A DNA stretch of 28,282 bases from Gemmatimonadota bacterium (GCA_039591655.1 JBDHDE010000061.1:1-28282), one strand, 5' to 3'. Shown: positions 1 to 10,199, numbered from the stretch's first letter. Made by a program: numbers and translations. Notes: a model not told the origin generated them from the sequence alone.

Positions 1-764
1 TTCAACGTTGAAAGGCTGTTGTCGAGCACCACGACAAAAGCATCGCCGGATTCGCTCCCGCCGTTAAACTCCCGGTCAAACGCACCTGCTGTAACCGGAA
101 AATCAACAGAATGCGTGATCCCCGCGACAATCACGTCACCCGAAGCCGTCACCGCCATGTCTATCCTGGGCCACTTGTACCCTTCGTCGCCGGACCCGCC
201 GACAAACGTGGACGCAAGGAGCGTCGTCAGTTCGCGGTCGAATTTAGATATGAAGACATCCCGCCCGCCGTTATACTCGGTATCGAAGCCGTCCTCCGTC
301 ACAGGATAATCCGCCGATTCGGTATATCCCGCAATGAACACGTTCCCGTCGCCGTCAATCGCAATGGCGTGGCCGACATCGTCGCCGTTACCCCCGATGA
401 TCCCGGCTGAAGCTCCCGCACTGCCGACATACGTCGATGCCGGCATTTGAGACAATCCGCTGTCAAACCGCGAGACAAACCTATCGGCCACTCCTCCGTT
501 GAATGTCGTGTTGTACGCATCCGGCGTGACCGGGAAATCGGTCGAAGTGGTAAACCCACTGACATAGATCGAAGAATTGTCGGCAACCGCAATAGATAGT
601 TCATACACGCCGTCGGCCCCGCTGCCGCCGAGAAACGTCGCCCCTGTCAGCGTAACTTCATCATGCAGTCCCGCCGATATCCCATTACCTGGCAGTAACG
701 AAAAGAACCCCGTGAACGCGCCAATTGACGCAACACATGCAAGCACCAGACGCAACACTGTCAC
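1..764 (-). CDS. SBBP-repeat (beta-propeller) secreted protein, runs off the left edge of the window
   Basis: Not in the ORF track; translated by hand from GTG at 764: MTVLRLVLACVASIGAF... then repeats TFLGGSGADG..IAV..IYVSGFTTSTDFPVTPDAY, GHAIAIDGDGNVFIAGYTESADYPVT, TFVGGSGDE..VIVAGITHSVDFPVT, typical of SBBP repeats. Confidence 0.8.
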   Translation of the reverse strand, partial: MTVLRLVLACVASIGAFTGFFSLLPGNGISAGLHDEVTLTGATFLGGSGADGVYELSIAVADNSSIYVSGFTTSTDFPVTPDAYNTTFNGGVADRFVSRFDSGLSQMPASTYVGSAGASAGIIGGNGDDVGHAIAIDGDGNVFIAGYTESADYPVTEDGFDTEYNGGRDVFISKFDRELTTLLASTFVGGSGDEGYKWPRIDMAVTASGDVIVAGITHSVDFPVTAGAFDREFNGGSESGDAFVVVLDNSLSTL

Positions 765-1177
765 ATTCCTTACCCCCTGGTAGTCCAAGATGATGCTCGG
801 TGGGGATTCTGAATCCCACCCCGCGGAGCGCCCGATCACCTCCCTTCCGTCTCGCAACGTCGAAGAGCTTGTCTAACGGCGCGGCGCTCACCTAACAGAC
901 GTTCTGCTGAGCACCGGAGTTTCTGCAAAATGCGAGCTGGATCGTCACCTTTCGGCCGCTCAGCCTATGTACCGCAGTCGGCCCGCGCTACCAGGACTCT
1001 CCGGGTAGCGATCTTGGAGAAGGGAAACCGGCATCGAATCCCTGCCCGCTGGCGGTCATCTTAGTAGGTTACGTGAACGCGATTCGAGTCCTTCGGGAAC
1101 CGTGACGGTCCTGCGTGGTGCACGGTGGAGGGGCCAAACTGAACTTCTCTCGAAACCAGCAGTCTAGGGGGCAAGTG

Positions 1178-3001
1178 ATGCGAAACAAGTGTGAGCTGGT
1201 GCGGCGGGCGTTCATCTTCGTTCTGGTTCTCGGCACCGTACTCGCGGTGCCCGGAGCGACCCTCGGGCAAACTGCGGGTGATCGCTTTCCTGCCGATCGT
1301 TGGATGCGCTACGCCGACGTCGCACAGGCCGGTTTCGACGTCACAAAGCTCGCGGCGGCTCAGACAACGTGGGAAGGTCTTCCGTCCTCGGCTTTTATGG
1401 TGATCGCCGACGGTGCGGTTGTCGCTGCCTGGGGCGAAGTTGAACGACGTTTCATGTGCCATTCGGTACGGAAGAGCTTCCTCTCCGCGCTCTATGGGAT
1501 CTACTGGGACCGCGGAGAGATCGAGCTCAACAAGACCCTGGCCGATCTCGGCATTGAAGATGAGCCGGACTCGCTCTTGGAAGCCGAGAAACGGGCGCGC
1601 ATCCTCGATCTCCTCAAGGCGCGCTCCGGGGTCTTTCATCCCGCAGCCTATGCGGGTCGGACGGACTCGCGTCCACGAGGGAGTGAAGGTCCGGGCCGCT
1701 ACTTCGCCTACAACAACTGGGACTTCAACACCCTGGCTACGATCCTGGAACAGGAGACGGGAGATCGGGTCTTCGAAGCCTTCGACCAGTACTTCGGAGG
1801 GCCGCTTCAAATGGAGGATTGGCGCGTTTCGGACGGCTACTATCACTACGAACGCGACAAGTCGAAATACCCCGCCTATCCCTTCCGGATATCGGCGCGC
1901 GACGCCGCCCGCTTCGGATTGCTCTTCGCCCGCGATGGGATGTGGAACGACAAGCAGATACTCTCCGAACACTGGGTTCGCCGCAGCTCCGCCCTCTACT
2001 CGATCGACAGCGACATCATGGGATACGGCTTCATGTGGTGGGTGTTGCGCGAGCCCCGATTCGCCCGTCACGGGATGTTCGCCGCACTCGGTGTCGGCAA
2101 CCAGATGATTGCAGCGCTGCCTAACACGGATCTGGTGATCGTGAATCGTGCCAACACCTACCAGGGCGAGGGGACACCGACGCCAGCGCTGCTCGGCCTC
2201 ATCGAGCAGGTCCTCGAGGCACGCACGGGCACTCCGGCAGCTGACCCACAGCTTGTTCCGCTCGAGGTCCGCTCCGACCCGAAAGTTACCCAGGTGTCGG
2301 CCGACCGCCTCGAGGAGTTCGTCGGCGAGTGGGACTATCCGCCTTCACCCCTTGGGATGCCCTCACGCACGAGGGTCCGGATCACAGCGGGTGAAGGTCA
2401 CCTCATGAGCTTTGCCCCGGTCGCAGGCACCTTCAGACTCTATTTCCAAGAGGACGGTTCGCTCCACGAGGAAGACAGTCACGACCGCTACCTGCCGATC
2501 CGGGACAGTGTCGGTTCCTTCGCCGGGATCGCAGATGTGAGGTCCATCGTGATTGCCGCGGTGACTGCCGCAGCCGACGGGCGGAGCGATCGTGCCGCAC
2601 GCTTTCTGGCGATAGTGGAGGATGATGAAGGCGTCCAGGTCAGAGTCGCGAGAGCGGTTGTCAATCTCTTGGGCGGCGATCGGCAGTCGGCGGAGCGCGG
2701 AGTTCGGGAACTCGCGGAGCACGCCGACCCAGCTCAGGTCGAGGCCGAGGTCAACGCCATGGGATACGCGCTGCTGAGGATTCAGAAAGCGGAGCAGGCT
2801 CTGGCAGTCTTCGAGGTCAACACGCGCGTTTTCCCAGAGGCGTTCAACACGTGGGACAGCCTCGGCGAAGCGCACATGATTCTCGGCCACGACGATGACG
2901 CGATTCGCTATTACGAGCGGTCCCTGGAGCTCAACCCAGACAACGCGAACGCGACAGCGATGATCGCCCGGATTCGAGAGGGCGCAGGACCGCCGAACTA
3001 G
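1178..3001 (+). CDS. Serine hydrolase (beta-lactamase class C-like family) with C-terminal TPR
   Basis: Signal peptide, SxxK (HSVRKS), YxN (FAYNN), ALGVGNQ, C-terminal TPR (NTWDSLGEAHM..AIRYYERSLELNPDN); ATG at 1178 chosen over upstream GTG. Confidence 0.85.
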   Translation: MRNKCELVRRAFIFVLVLGTVLAVPGATLGQTAGDRFPADRWMRYADVAQAGFDVTKLAAAQTTWEGLPSSAFMVIADGAVVAAWGEVERRFMCHSVRKSFLSALYGIYWDRGEIELNKTLADLGIEDEPDSLLEAEKRARILDLLKARSGVFHPAAYAGRTDSRPRGSEGPGRYFAYNNWDFNTLATILEQETGDRVFEAFDQYFGGPLQMEDWRVSDGYYHYERDKSKYPAYPFRISARDAARFGLLFARDGMWNDKQILSEHWVRRSSALYSIDSDIMGYGFMWWVLREPRFARHGMFAALGVGNQMIAALPNTDLVIVNRANTYQGEGTPTPALLGLIEQVLEARTGTPAADPQLVPLEVRSDPKVTQVSADRLEEFVGEWDYPPSPLGMPSRTRVRITAGEGHLMSFAPVAGTFRLYFQEDGSLHEEDSHDRYLPIRDSVGSFAGIADVRSIVIAAVTAAADGRSDRAARFLAIVEDDEGVQVRVARAVVNLLGGDRQSAERGVRELAEHADPAQVEAEVNAMGYALLRIQKAEQALAVFEVNTRVFPEAFNTWDSLGEAHMILGHDDDAIRYYERSLELNPDNANATAMIARIREGAGPPN

Positions 3002-3045
3002 TGCGTGACGGCGCACCGCGAGACTCAGAGGGATATATAGAACTG

Positions 3046-3076
3046 AAGACAGCCAACCTAGCCGGTTGGCTGTCTT
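3046..3076. terminator. 13-bp perfect stem-loop, probable terminator directly downstream (minus strand) of the tRNA 3' fragment
   Basis: AAGACAGCCAACC-tagcc-GGTTGGCTGTCTT between convergent genes. Confidence 0.65.
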
Positions 3077-3080
3077 GCTA

Positions 3081-3152
3081 TTGCCCCGCCTAGGATCGAA
3101 CCAGGACTCTTCTGATCCAGAGGGGCTTCGCCCGGGATTCGGTCGCTAGGGC
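3081..3152 (-). repeat. att-like repeat copy 1: complete 3' half of tRNA-Gln(CUG) (3081-3122) plus short degenerate arm
   Basis: Minus strand CTCTGGA-TCAGA-AGAGT-CCTGG-TTCGATC-CTAGG-CGGGGCA-A = anticodon loop, 3' anticodon stem, T arm, acceptor strand; no D arm or 5' half. Confidence 0.85.
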
Positions 3153-3157
3153 AACAA

Positions 3158-4405
3158 TCACTCATCTCGGGCCTGCAGCCGTTGGAGTCTGCCCTTGATG
3201 GCGCGCAGCAACTCCGATTGGGGAACAGGCCTCGCCAACTCGAGCTGGAGCGCCTGTTCGAGGCTGGCGACTGCCGCCGACGTATCTCCCTGGATCTGCT
3301 GTAGTCTCCCGAGCGAGAGGTACGCAACGGCAGTGTGCGGGTATCGGTCCACGGCGAGCCGCACAACCTCGAGGGCAGGCTCGATGGCAGGGAGAGTGAC
3401 GGACAGAGTCCGGTACACCGACAGCGGCACGTCCACCGGCCACCCGTATCGGCTTGACAGGTCCTCGAAGAACCCGTCCACCGCGGCCAACCCTTCCTGC
3501 AATACCTCGCTTGGAACGAGCCAATCCGAGTACAGGGCGCGCAGGCCATCGAAATACGCCTTGTAGGGCGCATGCCCGTGGTTCTCACCTGGAATCTCCA
3601 CAAAGGCGAAGTCGAGGACCGGTTGCCGCTGACGGGCAAGGAGCGGCACGAAGTTCCTCCGCACGGCGCCGTCCATGTCACCGCCTTCCAAAGCGCCGAG
3701 CGTGATCACCAGACGCTTCGGGGACAACGCATCACCGTTCCTCAGCCGTCGCCGCGTTTCCTTCACTGTGACCGAGTCATCCCACCACAGGCTCGGGCCG
3801 ATAGCCAGGTAGCGCGAGAACAGGCGCGGTCTCTCGAGATACGTGTGCACTGTGAGTAGCCCGCCGAGAGACCACCCTGAGAGGATGCGGTGGGGATGCG
3901 TACGGTACGTTGATTCCACCAACGAAAACAGCTCCTTCTCGAAGAACTCCAGAAAGACCTCAGCGCCCCCACTCGTGGGGAAGCTGAGTCGGCCCTGGCT
4001 CTGTTCCGGCGCGTGCGTAGGCGTGAAATCCCGGTTGCGATCGACGTTGACCACCCCCACCACGATCATCTCGGGGATCGGATGCTGGCCGCGCTGATAT
4101 CCCAACTCAGAAAGGAACTGGACGGCAGAGGCAGCCTGTTGGAAGAGGTACTCCGCGTCCAGCACGTACAGCACTGGGTAGCGCCGAGAGGAGTTCTCAT
4201 ATCCGTCGGGCAACAGCACGAGAACGGTTCGTTCTTCGCCGAGCACCTGTGAGTGAAACGTGATCTTGTCTGAACCCCGCAGGTGCTCTGCCTCTTGCCC
4301 CACTCGACCTCTCGCTGGCGGTGCTGCGAGAAGCGTCAGGATACCAACAAGGGCGCCCAGCCCTGCGAATGCGGGCATAGTTCGCACGAATCGACCAGTC
4401 GTCAT
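3158..4405 (-). CDS. Alpha/beta hydrolase-fold esterase (IroE/putative esterase type) with C-terminal TPR-like helices
   Basis: RYPVLYVLDA, nucleophile elbow GWSLGG, catalytic His in ENHGH, signal peptide after MTTGRF start at 4405. Confidence 0.85.
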   Translation of the reverse strand: MTTGRFVRTMPAFAGLGALVGILTLLAAPPARGRVGQEAEHLRGSDKITFHSQVLGEERTVLVLLPDGYENSSRRYPVLYVLDAEYLFQQAASAVQFLSELGYQRGQHPIPEMIVVGVVNVDRNRDFTPTHAPEQSQGRLSFPTSGGAEVFLEFFEKELFSLVESTYRTHPHRILSGWSLGGLLTVHTYLERPRLFSRYLAIGPSLWWDDSVTVKETRRRLRNGDALSPKRLVITLGALEGGDMDGAVRRNFVPLLARQRQPVLDFAFVEIPGENHGHAPYKAYFDGLRALYSDWLVPSEVLQEGLAAVDGFFEDLSSRYGWPVDVPLSVYRTLSVTLPAIEPALEVVRLAVDRYPHTAVAYLSLGRLQQIQGDTSAAVASLEQALQLELARPVPQSELLRAIKGRLQRLQARDE

Positions 4406-4791
4406 TTCTCTTTTCCATTCTTTCAAAGTCGTTGGTTGGCAGCAGCGCCCGGTCAACCGGATCACGGGCGCAGAGCTGCTCAGACCCGCCGTTCTTCCAT
4501 AAGATGCTCTGGCGGACTCCGAGGTTCCCATGAAGCGAGGGCGGATTGCCGTCTTTGGAGAGGTCTGCGCGACCCAACGCGGGTCCTCAGACACCGCTAA
4601 CAAGGGGGAATCCGCTCGGGATTCGGCGGCTCTTGAGCATCCTGAACGATCGCTTCTGTCGCCAAATACCCCAGACCTGCTCGTGATTCGGGACCCTGAA
4701 CGGGCGCGAGCAGAACACTTCTACTGCCCCCGCAGGTGCGTGCGCGGGTTAGGCATCCTACTTTTAGTGCAGGCCTAGCCGAGGTTGTTCG

Positions 4792-7122
4792 ATGACTGAC
4801 CAGCTGGATTGCCTCAAGGCTGCCCTCGCCGACCGCTACGCCATCGAGCGCGAGATCGGGCGCGGCGGGATGGCGACGGTCTACTTGGCTGAGGATCTCA
4901 AGCACCACCGCCAGGTGGCGGTCAAGGTGCTCCATCCGGATCTGGCCGTGGCAATCGGCGCCGCACGATTTCTACGGGAGATCGAGATCGCTGCCAAGCT
5001 CACCCATCCACACATTCTCCCGCTGCACGACTCCGGGGAGGCGGACGGTTTCCTCTACTACGTGATGCCCTACATCGAGGGTGAAACGATGCGGGGCCGA
5101 CTCCGGCGAGAGAAGCAACTGTCACTCGACGAAGCCCTACAGATCACGCGCGAGGTCGCCGACGGTTTGAGCCATGCACACAGCCTTGGGGTGGTCCATC
5201 GCGACATCAAGCCGGAAAACATCTTGCTGACGAGCGGGCACGCGGTGGTCGCCGATTTCGGAATCGCGCGAGCCATCACGGAGGCGGGAGGAGAGAGACT
5301 CACGGAGACCGGGTTGAGCGTCGGGACGCCGGCGTACATGAGCCCCGAGCAAGCCATGGGGCAGCAGGACGTCGATGCCCGCAGCGACATCTACTCGCTC
5401 GGCTGCGTGGCGTACGAGATGCTCGCCGGCGATCCGCCGTTCGCGGGCACCAACCCGCAGGCGATCCTCGCGCGAAAGACCTTGGAGCCCCCGCCCCCCC
5501 TCAGAACCGTGCGAGACACGGTGCCCGCGGCCGTCGAACAGCCGATTCTCAAGGCCCTCGCCAAGGTGCCCGCGGACCGGTTTGCGACGGCGGCCCAGTT
5601 TCGCGATGCACTTGGATTCACGCAGCCGTCGGGCACGGTCGTTGTTCGGCAGCCGCGGCGGCTGTCTAAGCCACGCGCGGTGGGGCTGGTCGCGCTGCTG
5701 GCCGTCGTGATCGCCATCGGAGGCTGGTGGATCTCGCGTGCGTTCGCCGACGGTGGAGTCGAGTCACTGGTGGTCCTGCCGTTCTACAATGCCACCGGAG
5801 ATCCCGAACAGGATTACCTCGCCGCGGGAATGCACGACGCGCTGATCAGCACGCTGAAACAGATCGGCGAACTGCGCGTGACATCGCTCACCTCAGCGAT
5901 GCGATACAAGGACACCGAGAAATCCATCCCGGAGATCGCGCGCGAGCTGAACGTCGACGCGGTCGTGGAGGCTTCGGTTCTGCGGAGCGGCGACAACGTG
6001 AATCTCGAGGTGCAGTTGATCGACGCTCTTCCGGAGGAGCATGAACTCTGGTCGCAACCGTTCGAGCGAAGCATGGACGACGTGCTCGTCATGTACAACG
6101 ACGTCGCACGGGCCATTGCCCGAGAGGCGCAGGTGGGACTGACCCCGGGCCAACAGGCGCGACTCGGTACCGCCCGACAGGTCCGCCAGGATACGTACGA
6201 AGCCTATCTGCGCGGGATGTTTCTGCTCAGAAAGGGAACACTGCAAGACTCAGAACGAGGCCTGGCCTATCTGCACGAGGCGCTCGAAAACGATCCGGCG
6301 GACCCGCTAGCGTATGCGGGGCTGGCGATCGGCTACATCACGGCTGCCCATGGTCCGGAGCCCCCGGTGGAGGCATTGCCGCGAGCACGGGCAGCAGCCG
6401 AGAGGGCTTTGAGCCTGGATTCCACACTGGCCGAGACACTCACGGCTTTGGCCTTCCTCAAGGGATACTACCAGTACGAGTGGGACGAAGCCGAGGAGAT
6501 GTTTCTCCGTGCGCTGGAAATGAAGCCTAGCCTGGACATGGCCCACTACTGGTATTCGTGGCAGCTCGCGTTGTTCCGCCGCATGGACGAGGCCTTCGAG
6601 GAACACAAACTCGCCGAAGCGCTGGATCCCTTGAACCCCCTGCACACTGCAGGCCTCGGTTGGCTGTACCTGTTAGAAGAGCGATGGGACGAGGCAGAAG
6701 CTGAGGCAAGGAAGGCGCTCGAACTGGATCCCCGGGATGGAATGGGGCTCTACGTGCTCGCCGAGGTCCAGGCGGCAAGGGGGAGGCACGAGGAGGCCGT
6801 CGCCACAGCTCAGCGGGCCCGCCGTGGTGGCCGGGGATGGATTCTCGGGCGTCAACTAGCGCTGGCCGGCCGCACGCAAGAGGCGCGGGAGATAGCGGCC
6901 GAGCTCGAGGCAGAAGGACCCAGCCCATGGAACGCGTGGAGTCTGGCCGTGCTGTACGCTACCCTGGGCGATAAGGACGATGCGTTTCGCTGGCTGGATT
7001 ACGAGCGGATTCACTGCTGGGTAATCGGGAGCCATATACTCCGTCCGTTCGAGCCCTTGCGGGACGATCCGCGCTTCCCGGGCCTCATGGAACGGATGAA
7101 TCTGCCGTGGGAGTCCTCCTGA
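4792..7122 (+). CDS. Hanks-type Ser/Thr protein kinase, TM segment, TolB-N-like domain and TPRs
   Basis: GRGGMATV, VAVKVL, HRDIKPEN, DFG, GTPAYMSPEQ; SLVVLPFYN..DYLAAGMHDALI domain followed by TPRs. Confidence 0.95.
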   Translation: MTDQLDCLKAALADRYAIEREIGRGGMATVYLAEDLKHHRQVAVKVLHPDLAVAIGAARFLREIEIAAKLTHPHILPLHDSGEADGFLYYVMPYIEGETMRGRLRREKQLSLDEALQITREVADGLSHAHSLGVVHRDIKPENILLTSGHAVVADFGIARAITEAGGERLTETGLSVGTPAYMSPEQAMGQQDVDARSDIYSLGCVAYEMLAGDPPFAGTNPQAILARKTLEPPPPLRTVRDTVPAAVEQPILKALAKVPADRFATAAQFRDALGFTQPSGTVVVRQPRRLSKPRAVGLVALLAVVIAIGGWWISRAFADGGVESLVVLPFYNATGDPEQDYLAAGMHDALISTLKQIGELRVTSLTSAMRYKDTEKSIPEIARELNVDAVVEASVLRSGDNVNLEVQLIDALPEEHELWSQPFERSMDDVLVMYNDVARAIAREAQVGLTPGQQARLGTARQVRQDTYEAYLRGMFLLRKGTLQDSERGLAYLHEALENDPADPLAYAGLAIGYITAAHGPEPPVEALPRARAAAERALSLDSTLAETLTALAFLKGYYQYEWDEAEEMFLRALEMKPSLDMAHYWYSWQLALFRRMDEAFEEHKLAEALDPLNPLHTAGLGWLYLLEERWDEAEAEARKALELDPRDGMGLYVLAEVQAARGRHEEAVATAQRARRGGRGWILGRQLALAGRTQEAREIAAELEAEGPSPWNAWSLAVLYATLGDKDDAFRWLDYERIHCWVIGSHILRPFEPLRDDPRFPGLMERMNLPWESS

Positions 7123-7128
7123 GGAGCG

Positions 7129-7247
7129 AAACCCGGCAGAATGTGACACTAATCGCGACTTCCTGTCGTCCGTTGCCGAGGTTGAAGGACAAGATGTGGG
7201 TTTATGACGGCATGTCGTCGGGACAGATGTCGCGCCTTGCCGTCCTT
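7129..7247 (-). repeat. att-like repeat copy 2 (arm only, tRNA part missing)
   Basis: AAACCCGGCAGAATGTGACACTAATCGCG..TGTCGTCCGTTGCCGAGGTTGA..TTATGACGGCATG..CAGATGTCG aligns by eye to the other copies. Confidence 0.8.
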
Positions 7248-7249
7248 CC

Positions 7250-9937
7250 TCACCACTCCAAGTCCATCACCCAGATGTCACTCTGGTATTCGGCCACGGC
7301 CAGGTAGATCCTGTCGTCCGGTCCCACCTCGAACGAGAACACATTAGCCCACAGCGACTCATCATCATTGACAATGACCAGCTCGGGAATGCCACCCGTG
7401 GTCGGCATCGACCATATGCCCTGCGTACCGTCGGGGCCCACCCCGTAGGCATATATCGTGGATCCATCTACAGAGAATTGAGCACGCGCCAACCAGGGCG
7501 CTCCCGCAGAAGCATCGGGCACGTAACGCCACACCGATTCACCGGCGCGGGTAAACAGCGATACGCCCTGTCCTACACCTCCCGATGAAGAGCAGAGGAT
7601 CATCTCGCTGTCGGGGGACCACTCGTACCACCAATCGCACGCGACCGCTGGGCCCACCCGGACAGGTTCGCTCCAGGGCGCCGCGGCGTTGTCACGGGAC
7701 GACATCCAAACGCTCTGCTCATCCTGCTTCCAGACCAGGATCTCCAATCCGGTGGGTGACCACGTCGGATCCTGCCAAGTTCCCCATTCGCTGTCGGCAA
7801 AGGGTTCAACGGCTTCACTCGATCCGTCCGAGGATACAATTCCGCCACCTTCAACTCCCGCAACGCCCGCGCTAACCGATAACTCGGTTCCATCGGGAGA
7901 CCACTTCCTGAGGAAGTTATCACTGGGATCGCTCGTGAGCTGAGTGCGTCCGCTACCATCGCGCCGCATCTTGAACACGTCCTGATTGCCGTTGATGTGA
8001 CTATCAAAGGCGATCCACTGGCCGTCGGGCGAGATCTCAATACGCTCGATTACCTCCGTACCGCTCGTTATACGCACGCCATCGGAAAGACTCACGACTC
8101 CGTCTGCCACGAGTCGATATTCGAAGATGTTCCTGGTGTAGTTGAACTTCGAATAGGCCAGCCTGCGACCGTCGGCCGAGATCGAGATGGTATGTGGGTC
8201 GCTGCCACCGGGGATTCGCTGAGGACTCCCTACGGCGCCGCTCTCGCTTACTTCAACCGCGTAAACCGCTCGGGAAGCCTCACGGTCGGATACGAACAAG
8301 ACGTGACGACCATCGGCGAGCCAGACCGGACTGACATTCATGTTGAATCCGTCGGCCCCGGCCACCAGAATCGGAACGCCGCCCTCGGCAGCGACAACCC
8401 AGATGGAACTGGCATATATGTCGCCAAGAACGTCGTCCCGGGTCCAGGAATCTGCGCCAACGGCATATGCGAGTCTTCGCCCATCGGGAGACCATGACAG
8501 GTGCCTGGGTCCGCCCCGCCCCGCGTGACTTAGAAGGAATCGTTCAATCCCTTGAGTGCGGACAAAAATGCTGTCTCCCCTGCCGTACGCGACGCTCGAA
8601 CCATCGCGAGACCAGGCGATCTTGTCCCGTTCAGCTACCAGGTCGAGTGTACGAATCGCCCCTCCAAGCATCGCGGTCGACGCCCACCCCGGCCGGGGGT
8701 CAGCAGCATTCCATTTCCAAAAGAGTACGCTGTCGCCTGCGGTGTTCCACACCGGTCCCCGTTGATATCCCGCTAAGTCTCCGGCGAGAGGTACAGTTGC
8801 TCCGCCACTGAGCACCTGCACAAACGAGTGCGTCCTGAATGGTGGTCCCTTCGAGTAAACGATCTTAGAACCATCCGGTGATAAGAACGGCTCGAATTCA
8901 AGGCCGAGGTCCGATGTGATCTGGCGTTCATTGGATACGAGAATCGCGAACGGTTCCGGCTTCAGCATCCTAGAACCAAACACACCGATCACTGCCAGCA
9001 CGGCCACACCACCCATGACAATCGGAGTAAACAGCTTCCTCCGACCAGATAGGGCGGTTACGGGCATCGTGGCAGCGGGAGTCACTCCACCACTCGACGG
9101 GGTCAACGATTCCAGGTGCGGCAACATCTCGTTTGCCGTCTGCCACCTGTCAGCAGGCTTCTTAGCCAGGCACTTCATGACGACCGCTTCGAGTTCGCCG
9201 GAGACCTGGTCCCGATACTTGCTTACCGGCTCTGCCTGCTCGGTTACATGCGCAGCGAGGACCGACTGAGGAGTGGCACCCGTAAAGGGAGCTCTTCCCG
9301 CAAGCAATTCATAGGCCAACGCACCCAGGGCGTAGATATCTGCGCGGTGATCTACATGGGGATCTGCAGTTGCCTGTTCAGGGGCCATGTATGCCGGAGT
9401 GCCTAGTGCTACTCCCGCGGTAGTCAACTTATCCCGGCCCGTGGCCTCGCTCACCGCCTTGGCAACGCCGAAATCAGCCACAATTGCGTGACCGCCAGTG
9501 AGCATCACGTTGTCGGGTTTGATGTCTCTGTGGACCACACCCTGCGAATGGGCAAAAGCAAGGGCGTCGACCACCTCCCTCACAATCCGTACCGCTTCGG
9601 TTACGGGAAGTTCTCCCTCCTTCTCAATCCGTTCCCTCAGCGTTTGCCCCTTCATGTAGGGCATCACGTAATACAGGAAGCCCTCGGCTTCACCAGAATC
9701 GTGCAGGGGAAGTATGTGCGGATGAGTGAGATTTGCCGCGATCCTGATCTCACGAAGAAAACGATCCGGGCCGAGCGCAGCAGCGAGATCGGGACGGAGC
9801 ACTTTGATGGCGACCTGGCGTTGGTGTCTTAAGTCGTTGGCCAGGTACACCGAGGCCATGCCACCGCTACCGATCTCCCGCTCGATGGCGTAGCGGTCGG
9901 CAAGGGCAGCTTTGAGGCGGCCGAGGAGGTCAGTCAA
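7250..9937 (-). CDS. Hanks-type Ser/Thr protein kinase with TM segment and TolB/PD40 beta-propeller
   Basis: Complete kinase motifs (HRDIKPDN, DFG, GTPAYMAPEQ); repeated SPDG/WSPDG PD40 motifs; TTG start. Confidence 0.95.
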   Translation of the reverse strand: MTDLLGRLKAALADRYAIEREIGSGGMASVYLANDLRHQRQVAIKVLRPDLAAALGPDRFLREIRIAANLTHPHILPLHDSGEAEGFLYYVMPYMKGQTLRERIEKEGELPVTEAVRIVREVVDALAFAHSQGVVHRDIKPDNVMLTGGHAIVADFGVAKAVSEATGRDKLTTAGVALGTPAYMAPEQATADPHVDHRADIYALGALAYELLAGRAPFTGATPQSVLAAHVTEQAEPVSKYRDQVSGELEAVVMKCLAKKPADRWQTANEMLPHLESLTPSSGGVTPAATMPVTALSGRRKLFTPIVMGGVAVLAVIGVFGSRMLKPEPFAILVSNERQITSDLGLEFEPFLSPDGSKIVYSKGPPFRTHSFVQVLSGGATVPLAGDLAGYQRGPVWNTAGDSVLFWKWNAADPRPGWASTAMLGGAIRTLDLVAERDKIAWSRDGSSVAYGRGDSIFVRTQGIERFLLSHAGRGGPRHLSWSPDGRRLAYAVGADSWTRDDVLGDIYASSIWVVAAEGGVPILVAGADGFNMNVSPVWLADGRHVLFVSDREASRAVYAVEVSESGAVGSPQRIPGGSDPHTISISADGRRLAYSKFNYTRNIFEYRLVADGVVSLSDGVRITSGTEVIERIEISPDGQWIAFDSHINGNQDVFKMRRDGSGRTQLTSDPSDNFLRKWSPDGTELSVSAGVAGVEGGGIVSSDGSSEAVEPFADSEWGTWQDPTWSPTGLEILVWKQDEQSVWMSSRDNAAAPWSEPVRVGPAVACDWWYEWSPDSEMILCSSSGGVGQGVSLFTRAGESVWRYVPDASAGAPWLARAQFSVDGSTIYAYGVGPDGTQGIWSMPTTGGIPELVIVNDDESLWANVFSFEVGPDDRIYLAVAEYQSDIWVMDLEW

Positions 9938-10030
9938 GGCGTGTCACTCCGGGAGGTGAGCGCTGTAACAAGATTAGGGCTTGAGGACTGGGCGCGCCAG
10001 GCTGCGGAGCACCTTGCTTGGTCCTCAGGG

Positions 10031-10187
10031 CTTCTGATCCAGAGGGGCTCCGCTAGGGGGCTCAAACCCGGCAAAACGGCACTCTGAACGCGGGTTCGTG
10101 TCGTCCTTTGCCGGGTTTGAGTGACAGAATGTCGGGTCATGACGACATCTTGTCGCCTCAGATGTCGTGATTCGTCGTGTTGCCTCA
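10031..10187 (-). repeat. att-like repeat copy 3 (tRNA core plus full arm)
   Basis: CTTCTGATCCAGAG core; 15-bp perfect inverted repeat CTCAAACCCGGCAAA (10061-10075) / TTTGCCGGGTTTGAG (10107-10121); TGTCG iterations. Confidence 0.85.
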
Positions 10188-10199
10188 TGAAGCCACAAA

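Noticed and set aside
1061..2071. 336-aa antisense ORF and other long shadow ORFs (e.g. 21619-22863, 21740-22711, 23117-24007, 11534-12322, 19449-20141)
   Set aside because: They overlap well-supported genes, have low-complexity Arg/Pro/Gly-rich translations and are expected at high GC
3081..3160. Intact tRNA-Gln gene (here or at any other copy)
   Set aside because: No 5' acceptor strand, D arm or 5' anticodon stem in any copy
4406..4603. Upstream extensions of track ORFs (3158..4603, 15661..16371, 16486..16977, 16938..17453, 25333..25692)
   Set aside because: Better starts with an RBS and/or signal peptide lie downstream
9934..10188. Short ORFs spanning the repeats (also 15351-15590, 16368-16610, 27393-27602) sharing 'PLWIR' peptides
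   Set aside because: The shared peptide is just translation of the tRNA-derived DNA repeat; frames, starts and lengths are not conserved
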